Shown one piece after another: positions 28,701-37,573 of a stretch of DNA of 64,000 nucleotides. Origin of the DNA: Escherichia phage dhabil. A program made the position numbers and the translations under genes. Positions within the stretch are counted from its first letter, which is position 1, and the number at the start of each line of letters is the position of its first letter. Below the pieces are notes generated by a model. It made no database searches and had not been told where the DNA came from. It was given only the letters and a program-made list of their open reading frames with translations. Where the stretch lies: sequence record MN850621.1. The stretch is one strand, 5' to 3'.

Positions 28701-28903
28701 TTAGGTTCACCATATCGCACAAATTTAGGATGTTCGCAATAACCAGAATGAAAACCTTCACCCTTATGATTAGAGCAGCCTTTATTAGAGCAATACCACC
28801 AGTAATCATATTCGCAATTCATTTCATCGTTGCATAAAGCTGCGATTACAGGCCATTCACATTTTTCACATTTGGCCGTTTTAAGAATTCGCACTTGACT
28901 CAT
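28697..28903 (-). CDS. Cys-rich small protein
   Basis: 68 aa with CEKCEW…CSNKGC…C pattern. Confidence 0.4.
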   Translation of the reverse strand: MSQVRILKTAKCEKCEWPVIAALCNDEMNCEYDYWWYCSNKGCSNHKGEGFHSGYCEHPKFVRYGEPK

Positions 28904-29354
28904 AATCCACCACTATTAAATCAATATCAGGAGTAAACATGTCGATTAATTTAGAAACCTTGTCCCAATCACCACCAGCAATACCACAACCTATGCGCGG
29001 AATATAAATTCTTGGTTTAAACAAAAGGTCATTTGCTTGTAGATTTAATTCTATCATACAGTTTACTAAAGCACCGTAATCAAGATTAGGGCCTGGTTCG
29101 TATTGGGTGTACAAATTATAACACATACCAAACCCAGTAGGCTTATGTTTAAAAACAATAGACATGTCACCTAATTTATCACGAGAACCATATTCAGTAG
29201 TGGTCTTATCAATTTCTAATATTTTAGGATAGGCCCTTGCTAATTGACCAGCCACCCCTGAACCCATAGTATGAAAACAGTTGCACCCGTGTGCAATAAT
29301 ATTACCTTGAAGAAACAGGGCGACGATATCGCCCTTAATATAATCAATAATCAT
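28881..29354 (-). CDS. macrodomain protein (ADP-ribose binding/processing)
   Basis: GDIV…HGCNC…GSGVAGQ…IGCGIAGGDW matches macrodomain signature blocks. Confidence 0.6.
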   Translation of the reverse strand: MIIDYIKGDIVALFLQGNIIAHGCNCFHTMGSGVAGQLARAYPKILEIDKTTTEYGSRDKLGDMSIVFKHKPTGFGMCYNLYTQYEPGPNLDYGALVNCMIELNLQANDLLFKPRIYIPRIGCGIAGGDWDKVSKLIDMFTPDIDLIVVDYESSANS

Positions 29355-29707
29355 TTAGAGTTTAGCCCTCGGTTGTAAGAGTCAACGAGTCTGTCTACCA
29401 TAGACGCGCACATTTCTTTGTACTTTTTATCAGACGGAACACATTCAGTAACGTTTAGACGTTGCTCGTATCTTTTAGAAAGAGTTTTCTCTTTCATTCG
29501 GCGATGCTCGACGTCGTTCTGTCCATCTTTAAAAGCAGCTGTTATTTTTGAACTGAATTCAATAACGCATTCAGTATTACTCGGATGACAATAATCTTTT
29601 GCTGTACGGGTGGCATACTCGACAATTGAATTATTTGTATCATCAACCTGTGATGCTAATACTCCCGGAGCAATCAACATAAGCGCTATAGTCATCTGTT
29701 TAATCAT
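29351..29707 (-). CDS. secreted protein
   Basis: 118 aa with N-terminal signal peptide (ALMLIAPGVLAS). Confidence 0.45.
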   Translation of the reverse strand: MIKQMTIALMLIAPGVLASQVDDTNNSIVEYATRTAKDYCHPSNTECVIEFSSKITAAFKDGQNDVEHRRMKEKTLSKRYEQRLNVTECVPSDKKYKEMCASMVDRLVDSYNRGLNSK

Positions 29708-30247
29708 TTAATATACCGCCTCAAACATCTTTTTAGATTTTAGGTAATTGGCCTTTTCTAGAACTTCGGAAGCATATTTACTGCCTGCTTTGACATTCCA
29801 GCCCGCATTATAAGAAGCAATCGCTTTTCTCAGGTCACCTTTGTGAACATCAATCCAATAAGACAGCTCAATGTAGGCCCAAGAGGCACTGTTCTGTCGT
29901 TTTTGGACCATGCGAATTATTTCTTTGTCTGACATCTTCCAACCTACCTGTTGAACACGACTTCTTAACGTAGGCAAGTAATTTTGGAACATGCCATAAG
30001 CATGGTGCTTATCTTTATTTAAACCTTGATTAATTCCAGCAGATGATTCCTGCCATAATAATCCGGCCATTATATATCCTAATCCTTTTTGATTAGGGTT
30101 TTCTTTGAACTTTCCCGACTTTTGGTATTGTTCACCGAAAGCATACGCATAATGTAAATTATCGAGTTGTTCATTACTGAAAGTAGGCTCTACGCTATAG
30201 GCAGACATACTAACTGTCAATAGTAAAGTGGCTAATACTTTTTTCAT
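29708..30247 (-). CDS. secreted lytic transglycosylase-like protein (SLT domain)
   Basis: Signal peptide; WQESS…AYGMFQ…SYNAG fits the SLT catalytic E-S…G-L-M-Q…A-Y-N-A-G pattern. Confidence 0.5.
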   Translation of the reverse strand: MKKVLATLLLTVSMSAYSVEPTFSNEQLDNLHYAYAFGEQYQKSGKFKENPNQKGLGYIMAGLLWQESSAGINQGLNKDKHHAYGMFQNYLPTLRSRVQQVGWKMSDKEIIRMVQKRQNSASWAYIELSYWIDVHKGDLRKAIASYNAGWNVKAGSKYASEVLEKANYLKSKKMFEAVY

Positions 30248-30259
30248 GAGACCTCATTA

Positions 30260-30718
30260 TTAAAGATAGATTACTTTCGTGCTGGTTTTACCTTCTAAAC
30301 GTTTAGAATTAACAAATGCCATACGACATTTTAATGAATATCCTTTATCAGGATGTTTACGATCTACGGTCATACCCAACCATAAGGTTTTATCGGTAAT
30401 CTCGAGACGCAGTGGACGATACACTTTACCTGGGACAATTTCAGATTCTATGTCAGGAAGAGGCTCCTGGATTAAAAATTCATGGATTTCTTTAACATGA
30501 TTGTGGAGCTTCTTGAACAAAGAGAAAACATATTTTTCGTCAATTTCACGTTGGATAGCACGGTCCAACAAGTGATTAGAGTACTTAATAAAGAAAGCTG
30601 GGACACCGCTCTTAATGGCGGCTTTTTTGATGGACGCGTTAAGTTCACGAAATTCGGTTTCGAACTGACGACGTAATTTGTTGCGGCGGATGAATACTTC
30701 TGAATTAATTTCTGACAT
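30260..30718 (-). CDS. regB: endoribonuclease RegB
   Basis: 152 aa; EVFIRRNKLRRQFETEFR…HLLDRAIQREIDE closely resembles T4 RegB. Confidence 0.92.
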   Translation of the reverse strand: MSEINSEVFIRRNKLRRQFETEFRELNASIKKAAIKSGVPAFFIKYSNHLLDRAIQREIDEKYVFSLFKKLHNHVKEIHEFLIQEPLPDIESEIVPGKVYRPLRLEITDKTLWLGMTVDRKHPDKGYSLKCRMAFVNSKRLEGKTSTKVIYL

Positions 30719-30726
30719 TTTGTAAT

Positions 30727-30775
30727 CTCCTGTAGTTGATAGGTCTATAGTACCACGTCTACAGGAGATGTAAAC
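30727..30775 (-). promoter_or_regulatory. early promoter cassette upstream of regB
   Basis: GTTTAC -35; core flanked by perfect inverted repeat CTCCTGTAG/CTACAGGAG. Confidence 0.65.
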
Positions 30776-30780
30776 TGCTT

Positions 30781-31059
30781 TTAGTATTTTTCCTCAGGTT
30801 GGAAAACGGAACGACAGGCCCACATGGATGCTTCTTTCAAGCGTTCGATTGCCGTACGAATCTGGGCGAGGCGTTCATGAGTAAGGTCGAATTCTTCATC
30901 ACTCATTTTATCAACACCGGAGCATGTAAAGGCTTCAACATATTCTTCTTCTAATGCTTTAAAGATTAAGCCCAATCGAACTTCAGCATCTTTAATGGCA
31001 TTCACTTTACCGATTTTATCGTCGGTATGTGGCTTGTAACCTTTGATGTCTTCAATCAT
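30781..31059 (-). CDS. hypothetical protein
   Basis: 92 aa ORF. Confidence 0.45.
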   Translation of the reverse strand: MIEDIKGYKPHTDDKIGKVNAIKDAEVRLGLIFKALEEEYVEAFTCSGVDKMSDEEFDLTHERLAQIRTAIERLKEASMWACRSVFQPEEKY

Positions 31060-31274
31060 TTCACTTCCTCGCCAGTTGCGATATCATATTCCACCAAACG
31101 AAGGCCTTCAGTCCAACCTTGCACGGAGATATAAGTAGTTGGGTAAACCACTTCTTTACCATTCCACTGACCACCGTCCCAGACTTCCAGAAAGTCTTGT
31201 TCACCCGGCCCATTAAACCATTCAACAAATCTCTTCAGAGCTTCATCAGAGCCTTCAATTGTCAATTTAGACAT
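31056..31274 (-). CDS. hypothetical protein
   Basis: 72 aa ORF. Confidence 0.4.
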   Translation of the reverse strand: MSKLTIEGSDEALKRFVEWFNGPGEQDFLEVWDGGQWNGKEVVYPTTYISVQGWTEGLRLVEYDIATGEEVK

Positions 31275-31563
31275 ATTTTTTCCAGTCAGAAATCATATGA
31301 ATCTCTTGGTCATACGTCAAGAGACTGCGAGTAATAATACCCTTACACGGCCCAGAGATGAACTCGAGAGTGAAGTAAGGAACCTGTTTCATTAATCGGA
31401 TGCTTGGGGCGTGGCATCTAAAACGAGAGCCCTTAAAGGGCCCTGACATGAATACATATTCTAATGGATAGAAATAAGCATATTCGAAATTTGTAGTAAG
31501 GTCCTCTCTTCGAACCTTACGTGAGAAATAACAGAACTCAAAAAGCTCTTCATCAGTCATCAT
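31267..31563 (-). CDS. hypothetical protein
   Basis: 98 aa ORF. Confidence 0.45.
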   Translation of the reverse strand: MMTDEELFEFCYFSRKVRREDLTTNFEYAYFYPLEYVFMSGPFKGSRFRCHAPSIRLMKQVPYFTLEFISGPCKGIITRSLLTYDQEIHMISDWKKYV

Positions 31564-32087
31564 TGCATTCCTATCACAAAGAACAGTGGCAGAGGTTTAG
31601 AACCCTGGCACATAAATTTATTCATCATTACCTGGTAAGCTTCATAGAACTTATCCATCGCTGGTAGGCGAATAGGCTCTTCAATAATAATCAATAATCG
31701 GGTAACAGACAGTCCACGATACTTATGGAAGTTATCTTCGTCTAAAAATGAACGCACGGTATCATACACAACAAACCCAGGACCTTCTACTTGAAGGTGT
31801 GGTTGGGCCTTAGAAACCCTTTTTATTATATTACAGATTTCTCGTGAGCGATGCGAAGAACTTGACATAACAATCACATCATTACCCTTGGAAACCCAAT
31901 CCGCCGCGAACTGGGCGATGGCACTTGTTTTACCTGTTTGACGCCCGCCGTCAAGTCGAAGAGTACCAAACTCTTGCATTCTTGAAGTAGGTTCATACCA
32001 GGTATATTGGTCTGAGTCTAAACGTTCAATGGCGCGTTCAGCGAAGGCGTGCATTAAGGTTAGATAAATGGGGGTTAAAAATTTCAT
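31560..32087 (-). CDS. hypothetical P-loop protein
   Basis: GGRQTGKTS Walker-A-like motif; 175 aa. Confidence 0.45.
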   Translation of the reverse strand: MKFLTPIYLTLMHAFAERAIERLDSDQYTWYEPTSRMQEFGTLRLDGGRQTGKTSAIAQFAADWVSKGNDVIVMSSSSHRSREICNIIKRVSKAQPHLQVEGPGFVVYDTVRSFLDEDNFHKYRGLSVTRLLIIIEEPIRLPAMDKFYEAYQVMMNKFMCQGSKPLPLFFVIGMQ

Positions 32088-32225
32088 AGTTGTCTCTTAG
32101 TTGTGGGCCGTTCCTTGGCACATTAATTCGTCCCTTTCTGCATTTACCCATTACCGCACTTGGGCTCGACCTTATTACAGGTTGGCGGGAGTCCCTCACA
32201 GAATTGTGAGGTCCAGGTTGCTCCC

Positions 32226-32642
32226 TTATGCGTAAATCGCCTTACCATAATGTTTGTACCAGGTAGGACGTTGTGCAATTTTTTCATCCAAACGGGCTTG
32301 TGAAATAGCGATAGAAGCTTCGTGAGGAACATAATCACCACGGAATTCCTGAGGAATATCACTAATGTCCTGGACTGTAGTATCCTTGATATTAAAGCCA
32401 CGTTTTAAACATTCAGCTATAAGCTCAATTTGACGCTTACGTAAAAATTCAAGCTTATCATAAAAGAATGTAACATGGCCTGTACCAAGGATAAAAGTAG
32501 GGCTGATTTTAAAATCACGAACACGTTTACCGTTAGCAACATGCTTACGAACTGCACCGAAAACACGTGGTAATTCACGGTATTCAGCCATAAGGTGTTG
32601 GTCGGCCAATTCAGATACTAAGGTAAGGTTGATACGAGTCAT
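32226..32642 (-). CDS. denV: endonuclease V (pyrimidine-dimer DNA glycosylase) DenV
   Basis: 138 aa; [34 protein letters not shown]… is near-identical to T4 DenV as I recall it. Confidence 0.96.
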   Translation of the reverse strand: MTRINLTLVSELADQHLMAEYRELPRVFGAVRKHVANGKRVRDFKISPTFILGTGHVTFFYDKLEFLRKRQIELIAECLKRGFNIKDTTVQDISDIPQEFRGDYVPHEASIAISQARLDEKIAQRPTWYKHYGKAIYA

Positions 32643-32648
32643 TTTAAT

Positions 32649-32697
32649 CTCCTGTAGTTGATAGGTCTATAGTATCATGCCTACCGGAGATGTAAAC
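32649..32697 (-). promoter_or_regulatory. early promoter cassette upstream of denV
   Basis: GTTTAC -35; TGATACTATAGACCTATCAA core; imperfect inverted repeat. Confidence 0.6.
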
Positions 32698-32702
32698 TGC
32701 TT

Positions 32703-33191
32703 TTATCTATAAGCGGCCCAAGTACCTGTTTTAAAGGTGGCGATAACACGCTTGGCACGATTCGGGGTTTGCTTGTACCAACGAGACTGCGCCAGGTTAA
32801 CTGCGGCGTCATCCCAACGTTTTTGTTGGAGCATACGCAGAGAGTTGGTAAATCCCGCTACACCAGCTTCACCCATTTGGAAGACCATATTAATCAATGC
32901 ACAACGACGAACTTCGTCCAGCACATCATAAACCGGTTTCAATTTAGGATTGCGCATTATAGCTCTACGAGCATTTTCCACTGAACGATTAAAGAGTTGT
33001 TCAGCTTCAGCCATAGTAATACGACCATTACAAACTCGACCCATAAGCTTATCAAGTTCAGCGCGAGCAACATCTTTAGATGGGTTCTTGGTAACTAACT
33101 GGCCTATACCAATAGTCCAATAACCTTCGGTGTCTTTATAAAGATTTAAATCAAGACCTTCGTCTTGACGTAACATATCAAAAATATCCAT
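32703..33191 (-). CDS. e: endolysin (T4 lysozyme)
   Basis: 162 aa; [23 protein letters not shown] and [31 protein letters not shown] match T4 lysozyme. Confidence 0.96.
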   Translation of the reverse strand: MDIFDMLRQDEGLDLNLYKDTEGYWTIGIGQLVTKNPSKDVARAELDKLMGRVCNGRITMAEAEQLFNRSVENARRAIMRNPKLKPVYDVLDEVRRCALINMVFQMGEAGVAGFTNSLRMLQQKRWDDAAVNLAQSRWYKQTPNRAKRVIATFKTGTWAAYR

Positions 33192-33194
33192 AAT

Positions 33195-33214
33195 ACCTCC
33201 TGAGTATAGGAGGT
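33195..33214 (-). promoter_or_regulatory. RBS-sequestering hairpin in gene e leader
   Basis: Minus strand ACCTCCT-loop-AGGAGGT pairs the SD of e with an upstream complement; same arrangement as described for T4 gene e. Confidence 0.55.
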
Positions 33215-33221
33215 ATTTATA
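33214..33221 (-). promoter_or_regulatory. late promoter (TATAAATA) for gene e
   Basis: Minus-strand TATAAATA immediately 5' of the RBS hairpin of e. Confidence 0.6.
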
Positions 33222-33671
33222 TCAAAAGAGCGAATCTAAAACCTTAAACATCGACGGGCCCATGACATATTCCCATTGCGGACGTTTAATCAAGGCGAAG
33301 GCATCAAATTCAGGAATCGTACGACCATCAGGGAACGTGTGGTAAGCTGTACATTTGCAATTCTTGAACTGCTCGTGTTCGACAGGCACAGTATATAAGA
33401 ACAGGTGTAGATTCTTATTGCTAGAATATTTGAACTCACCTAGGTCTTTCAGGAACGCAGGATCGTATGCAGTGAATCCAATCTCTTCTTCAGTTTCACG
33501 CATTGCTGCTTGAATAGGCTCTTCACCCGGTTCGACATGACCTTTAGGGATGTCCCATTTATGACGCATATTCTCTGGATTACGAGAACCTGTTACACGA
33601 CCCATAACCAATTCTTTATCGGCGGTCATAAACAAAATACCGGCGGATAGTTCTTTAACTTTTTTACTCAT
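33222..33671 (-). CDS. nudE: Nudix hydrolase
   Basis: Nudix box GHVEPGEEPIQAAMRETEEEIG; directly next to e as in T4. Confidence 0.85.
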   Translation of the reverse strand: MSKKVKELSAGILFMTADKELVMGRVTGSRNPENMRHKWDIPKGHVEPGEEPIQAAMRETEEEIGFTAYDPAFLKDLGEFKYSSNKNLHLFLYTVPVEHEQFKNCKCTAYHTFPDGRTIPEFDAFALIKRPQWEYVMGPSMFKVLDSLF

Positions 33672-33900
33672 CGTCTCGTTTCCATGATTGGTTAAAAATG
33701 TCGCTCATTAAAATTTCAAGTCTATTTTCTAATGACGGACTTTCACTATCAGATATTTGGACCATATAATCAGAAATAGGTCGGAACATATCCAAGTCGC
33801 TTTCTAAATCTTCTTTGATTTTCTCTTCTGATGTTCCAGTGTCATAGGAATACAGATAAGAATCGCATGACTCAGATTTAATATAAATCGCAATACTCAT
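33664..33900 (-). CDS. hypothetical acidic protein
   Basis: 78 aa ORF. Confidence 0.4.
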   Translation of the reverse strand: MSIAIYIKSESCDSYLYSYDTGTSEEKIKEDLESDLDMFRPISDYMVQISDSESPSLENRLEILMSDIFNQSWKRDDE

Positions 33901-34484
33901 TTACGGCATTCCTCAATAAAAGAGTTTAATGTATTTTTCTTAGTGATATCGTCATATACCTTTTTAACTTTAGAAATACGAAAAGGTACTTCAATAACTG
34001 CAGTCCATAAAAATGATGCGATAAGTCCTAAGATAGCCGCAGACATCGCTGAAGCAAATAGCGTAATAGGCAGGTCATTATCCGTTGTCAGGAAAAACCC
34101 TAGGAGTGGGAAAAATAATATCCCCATCCAAACATAGAACCTAGAACTCACCAATTTGTCGTATTCATCACTCCATGTACGGAAGCCGTATTTTTTGCTA
34201 TAACAAATCAATGGGTCCGGCGTCTGTTCTTTATGGGGTTCCGGTTGCCAACCATTTACGATATAGCCCATTTTATATTCCTCAATTAAAAGTTGTTTCA
34301 TTTCAGCAGTACATCCTGACCAATCTACTGTACTGGCTGAAATTCCTTCATCAGCATCATCAATATTTCGCCAGGACTTTTTAATAATCATATTCTCACC
34401 ATTTGGGATAATGATTCCGGCATTTTCAGACCGACGGATGAAGTTTACATCAACACCCATGCAACCAGGTTCATAAAGGGCCAT
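33897..34484 (-). CDS. hypothetical membrane-anchored protein
   Basis: 195 aa; C-terminal hydrophobic segments. Confidence 0.45.
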   Translation of the reverse strand: MALYEPGCMGVDVNFIRRSENAGIIIPNGENMIIKKSWRNIDDADEGISASTVDWSGCTAEMKQLLIEEYKMGYIVNGWQPEPHKEQTPDPLICYSKKYGFRTWSDEYDKLVSSRFYVWMGILFFPLLGFFLTTDNDLPITLFASAMSAAILGLIASFLWTAVIEVPFRISKVKKVYDDITKKNTLNSFIEECRK

Positions 34485-35170
34485 TACCAGCCCTCCATAG
34501 GGAATTCCAGATATACTTGAGCATTAACGCGGATTTCATTTGTAATCTTTTTAACACGGTCGGTATTACGAGACACACGACCAAACCAGCGCCATCCGTT
34601 ACTTACTGCACGGGAACCTGTATGCCATGTCTGCCAATCAAACTGGAGCAATGTACGGTCAGGAGCATCCCACTTGGTTAATTCATTAGACTCAATTTTT
34701 TCCAGAACTTCTTTATGCCACTGGCGATAGATAAGTTCGCCATCAGGAATCTGGCTAAATTGTGCAGTTCCGGTTGCAAAATAAGTAGGACACACATCAG
34801 CGTTAACAAGACCAAGAATATGTTCAGAATGGTATCGAGGGTTATCATAATCAGGTTGCCCTGCAGTAATAAAGTGTTGACCAACCGGAATATCCGGGCG
34901 TGGTACATCATCATGGTGATAACCTGGGATAGCAGGATACCAACCAGGCATCAGCATATGAACCCGAGAATCAAATACAACCTGGTCGGTGTTCCAATCA
35001 TCCGGCAGACTCATTATAAAGCTACGAGTAATAGGGCCACCATTATCAAAAGCGAAAGCCAATGAGCTGTTGAAGAACATAGTTTCGTTTTTGATTTTAT
35101 CGTTAGAAATTTTACCAGCGAAACCGCCTACTGCACGAGCTTGAGAATTAAAAGTTTTTGGGCTGTTCAT
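34484..35170 (-). CDS. hypothetical protein, possible 2OG-Fe(II) oxygenase fold
   Basis: H85-x-D87, H183 and R198-x-S200 spaced as in 2OG-Fe(II) oxygenases; weak, motif-spacing only. Confidence 0.35.
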   Translation of the reverse strand: MNSPKTFNSQARAVGGFAGKISNDKIKNETMFFNSSLAFAFDNGGPITRSFIMSLPDDWNTDQVVFDSRVHMLMPGWYPAIPGYHHDDVPRPDIPVGQHFITAGQPDYDNPRYHSEHILGLVNADVCPTYFATGTAQFSQIPDGELIYRQWHKEVLEKIESNELTKWDAPDRTLLQFDWQTWHTGSRAVSNGWRWFGRVSRNTDRVKKITNEIRVNAQVYLEFPMEGW

Positions 35171-35180
35171 AATATTTTCC

Positions 35181-35411
35181 TCAGAAGCAAGTATTAACTT
35201 TACCAGTTGTGCTTACACATGTGTTACCGAGCTGAACACCTAAAGTACCATTAGGATTCATATGGAGATTATTACCGATCTTAACCGATGTACCATCTTT
35301 ACTGACAACGATTGAGGATTCAACTTGTGTTTCGTCTCCAACATCAACAATAAAAGGAACTGCAGCTAAAGCAACCAAGCTCAGGGCTAAAACACTCATG
35401 ATGGCTTTCAT
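35181..35411 (-). CDS. small secreted protein
   Basis: ATG (MKAIMS…) with signal peptide; GGAGAATAAA SD; promoter cassette upstream. Confidence 0.5.
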   Translation of the reverse strand: MKAIMSVLALSLVALAAVPFIVDVGDETQVESSIVVSKDGTSVKIGNNLHMNPNGTLGVQLGNTCVSTTGKVNTCF

Positions 35412-35417
35412 TTTATT

Positions 35418-35480
35418 CTCCAATTCACTCATTTGTTTTGATAGGTCTATAATAACATATCTTACGAGAATGTATATTAC
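35418..35480 (-). promoter_or_regulatory. early promoter cassette (variant)
   Basis: Core TTGATAGGTCTATAATAACAT with leader GGAGAATAAAATG; -35 degenerate. Confidence 0.45.
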
Positions 35481-35689
35481 TTTTTGTTGAAAAAGTACAT
35501 TTTACCTTTAGGGGATAAGGATACACGAAGTGCATTACCGATACCAACCGAACATTTAACCAGGTCAGCAGATTTCAATTCACCAAATGCTTGACGAAGG
35601 TCACCGTCACGAGTGTTAACCATCAGACATTTAGCACCAGCTGCACGAACTTCGTTTAACATGTTGATTGCTTGGTTAGAAAGTTTCAT
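35477..35689 (-). CDS. hypothetical protein
   Basis: ATG (MKLSNQ…) with cassette leader; 70 aa. Confidence 0.5.
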   Translation of the reverse strand: MKLSNQAINMLNEVRAAGAKCLMVNTRDGDLRQAFGELKSADLVKCSVGIGNALRVSLSPKGKMYFFNKK

Positions 35690-35696
35690 TTTATTC

Positions 35697-35757
35697 TCCA
35701 TTTCACTCTGTTGTTTTGATAGGTCTATAGTATCACACCTATAGACCTTGTACACTG
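35697..35757 (-). promoter_or_regulatory. early promoter cassette (variant)
   Basis: Core with internal inverted repeat GGTCTATAG…CTATAGACC; -35 region GTGTAC. Confidence 0.5.
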
Positions 35758-35767
35758 TTTTATGCAA

Positions 35768-36727
35768 TTATTTTTCGAAAGGACGAATTAAATGTTGATT
35801 ACGCTTAAACCGGTTGATGTAGTCACTTTCACCTAGGGTCCTATACATATTCACTACAGCTTGGTAGTTTTCCCAGGCATACTCACGGAACCAACCTGAA
35901 GTGATTGAGGTGCACACTTTCTCAAGAGCCATATAGAAACTTGTGGCCGCTGGGATATTAAAGTCATTAGGAACCTGCGAACGCTCTAGAGCAAGTACAC
36001 ATGCTTCTTCATAAACCCCTGCCAGTTTAATAGCTTCAGGCAAAGCTTCAAACTTCTCACGAGAGGTCATGACTTCAGAACCATCTTTCATATAAAAGGT
36101 ATACGCTGGGCGTCCGGCTAATGCCACAGCTTCATGAATAGAGTCGTGGTCTAATGTATAGATGGTATCATTAAAGAACGATGATTTGTTTACATCTAAT
36201 TTAGGATGAGAATAGCTCAACGTTTCTTTCTGACGTTGCAGCATGATTTCTTGGAGCTCTTCATTCAAGGTTACACCTTTATTACGAAGGTATTTGATGT
36301 GGGACATCGTCTTCAAAAAGAAAGGGTTGTTCTTCAAATAACGATGGCTCATTTTGATGGCCAGACAGATATCAGGCGTGGCCCAATAGAAACCCGTCAT
36401 CCGATCTTTCTTAATATGTGTTTTAGCATAATTCAGAAGGCGGTAGCTTGAGGTGAAATCCTCATCTTGGAGTTCGCCGGTAATTTCACGTACGTTAGTC
36501 AAGGCGCGGACGATATAAGCTTCAAAATAGGTTTCTTTACCGTTGTGCATGCATTTAAAAGCCTGGACGTCAGGGTTGTCTACGTGTACATGGGCGCCAA
36601 ACATCTGTGCTTTAAAATTATTCCATGACCCCTGGTCGGCAATAAAATCCCAATCAGAATTTTCGATATACTTACTTTCAATCAGACCAGCGTGGTGCAG
36701 TGCACGAGAACCAATAACTAGCATCAT
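35768..36727 (-). CDS. hypothetical protein
   Basis: 319 aa ORF, no motif recognised. Confidence 0.55.
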   Translation of the reverse strand: MMLVIGSRALHHAGLIESKYIENSDWDFIADQGSWNNFKAQMFGAHVHVDNPDVQAFKCMHNGKETYFEAYIVRALTNVREITGELQDEDFTSSYRLLNYAKTHIKKDRMTGFYWATPDICLAIKMSHRYLKNNPFFLKTMSHIKYLRNKGVTLNEELQEIMLQRQKETLSYSHPKLDVNKSSFFNDTIYTLDHDSIHEAVALAGRPAYTFYMKDGSEVMTSREKFEALPEAIKLAGVYEEACVLALERSQVPNDFNIPAATSFYMALEKVCTSITSGWFREYAWENYQAVVNMYRTLGESDYINRFKRNQHLIRPFEK

Positions 36728-36929
36728 AATATTTTCCTCATTAATAAAGACGAGTTACTTCATATTTACCCAGTTCAGATTTTTTTGCTTCAATACGCGT
36801 TGCGGCTAGATTAGCAGCCTCTAGTGAAGAAAATTGGACCACTTGGGAAGTATTCTGCCTTACGCCACCTTGTGGGTGAGTAACAAAAACAATAAGAACA
36901 TTATACATAATATTTTCCTCAGAGTAAAC

Positions 36930-37169
36930 TTAAATTTCAGCAACGTAATCGTTATGCAATTCCCACATATCATCAGAATTATTCTTAATGATAGGAATTA
37001 TCTCATTAGAGATTTCTTCGGCATAAGGGTCGTTGATACAGTGAGCGTCTTCAAAACGAACACCATAATCAGACTTCTTATAGGCAAAGCCATAAATCTT
37101 TTTAAACTTGGCACGACTAATGCGTACCGGCTCATCAGACTTATCAGACAGTGGAGAGTAATACCACAT
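36930..37169 (-). CDS. hypothetical protein
   Basis: 79 aa ORF. Confidence 0.4.
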   Translation of the reverse strand: MWYYSPLSDKSDEPVRISRAKFKKIYGFAYKKSDYGVRFEDAHCINDPYAEEISNEIIPIIKNNSDDMWELHNDYVAEI

Positions 37170-37213
37170 AATGTTCTCCTCATGTTTGTGTAAGGTAATA
37201 GTAACACAAGTTT

Positions 37214-37564
37214 TTAGAGTTGTACATCACTTCTGCAATATTCTAAAAATAATTTATCGCTGTCTACTGTATCCCAACGCCGCCAAGATGGATTCCAGAC
37301 CAGAGCGTTGTCACCACAATCATTGAGCTTAAAATGGTCGTAGTACATGGCTATGTGTCTAGTCTCGTCACCGGAGAACCCTAGTATAGGCTCGCCGTGG
37401 GTATGATACATATGATGGTGCATTGAGAGGTCGCACTTATAAAACATCTCACGTTTACCACGAACGAACAAGAAAGCTTGCCCATTCATATAGAATTCTT
37501 TATCTGTTTTCAAAAGATATTTGAATACTGAATCTTTGTGCATAAGTCCTCCTACCACATCCAT
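37214..37564 (-). CDS. hypothetical His-rich protein
   Basis: 116 aa; HHHMYHTH stretch. Confidence 0.45.
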   Translation of the reverse strand: MDVVGGLMHKDSVFKYLLKTDKEFYMNGQAFLFVRGKREMFYKCDLSMHHHMYHTHGEPILGFSGDETRHIAMYYDHFKLNDCGDNALVWNPSWRRWDTVDSDKLFLEYCRSDVQL

Positions 37565-37573
37565 GTGGCTAAA

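Noticed and set aside
32144-32401. 85-aa minus-strand ORF overlapping denV in another frame and the GC-rich spacer
   Set aside because: Overlaps a near-certain gene in a different frame; the remainder lies in a structured non-coding region.
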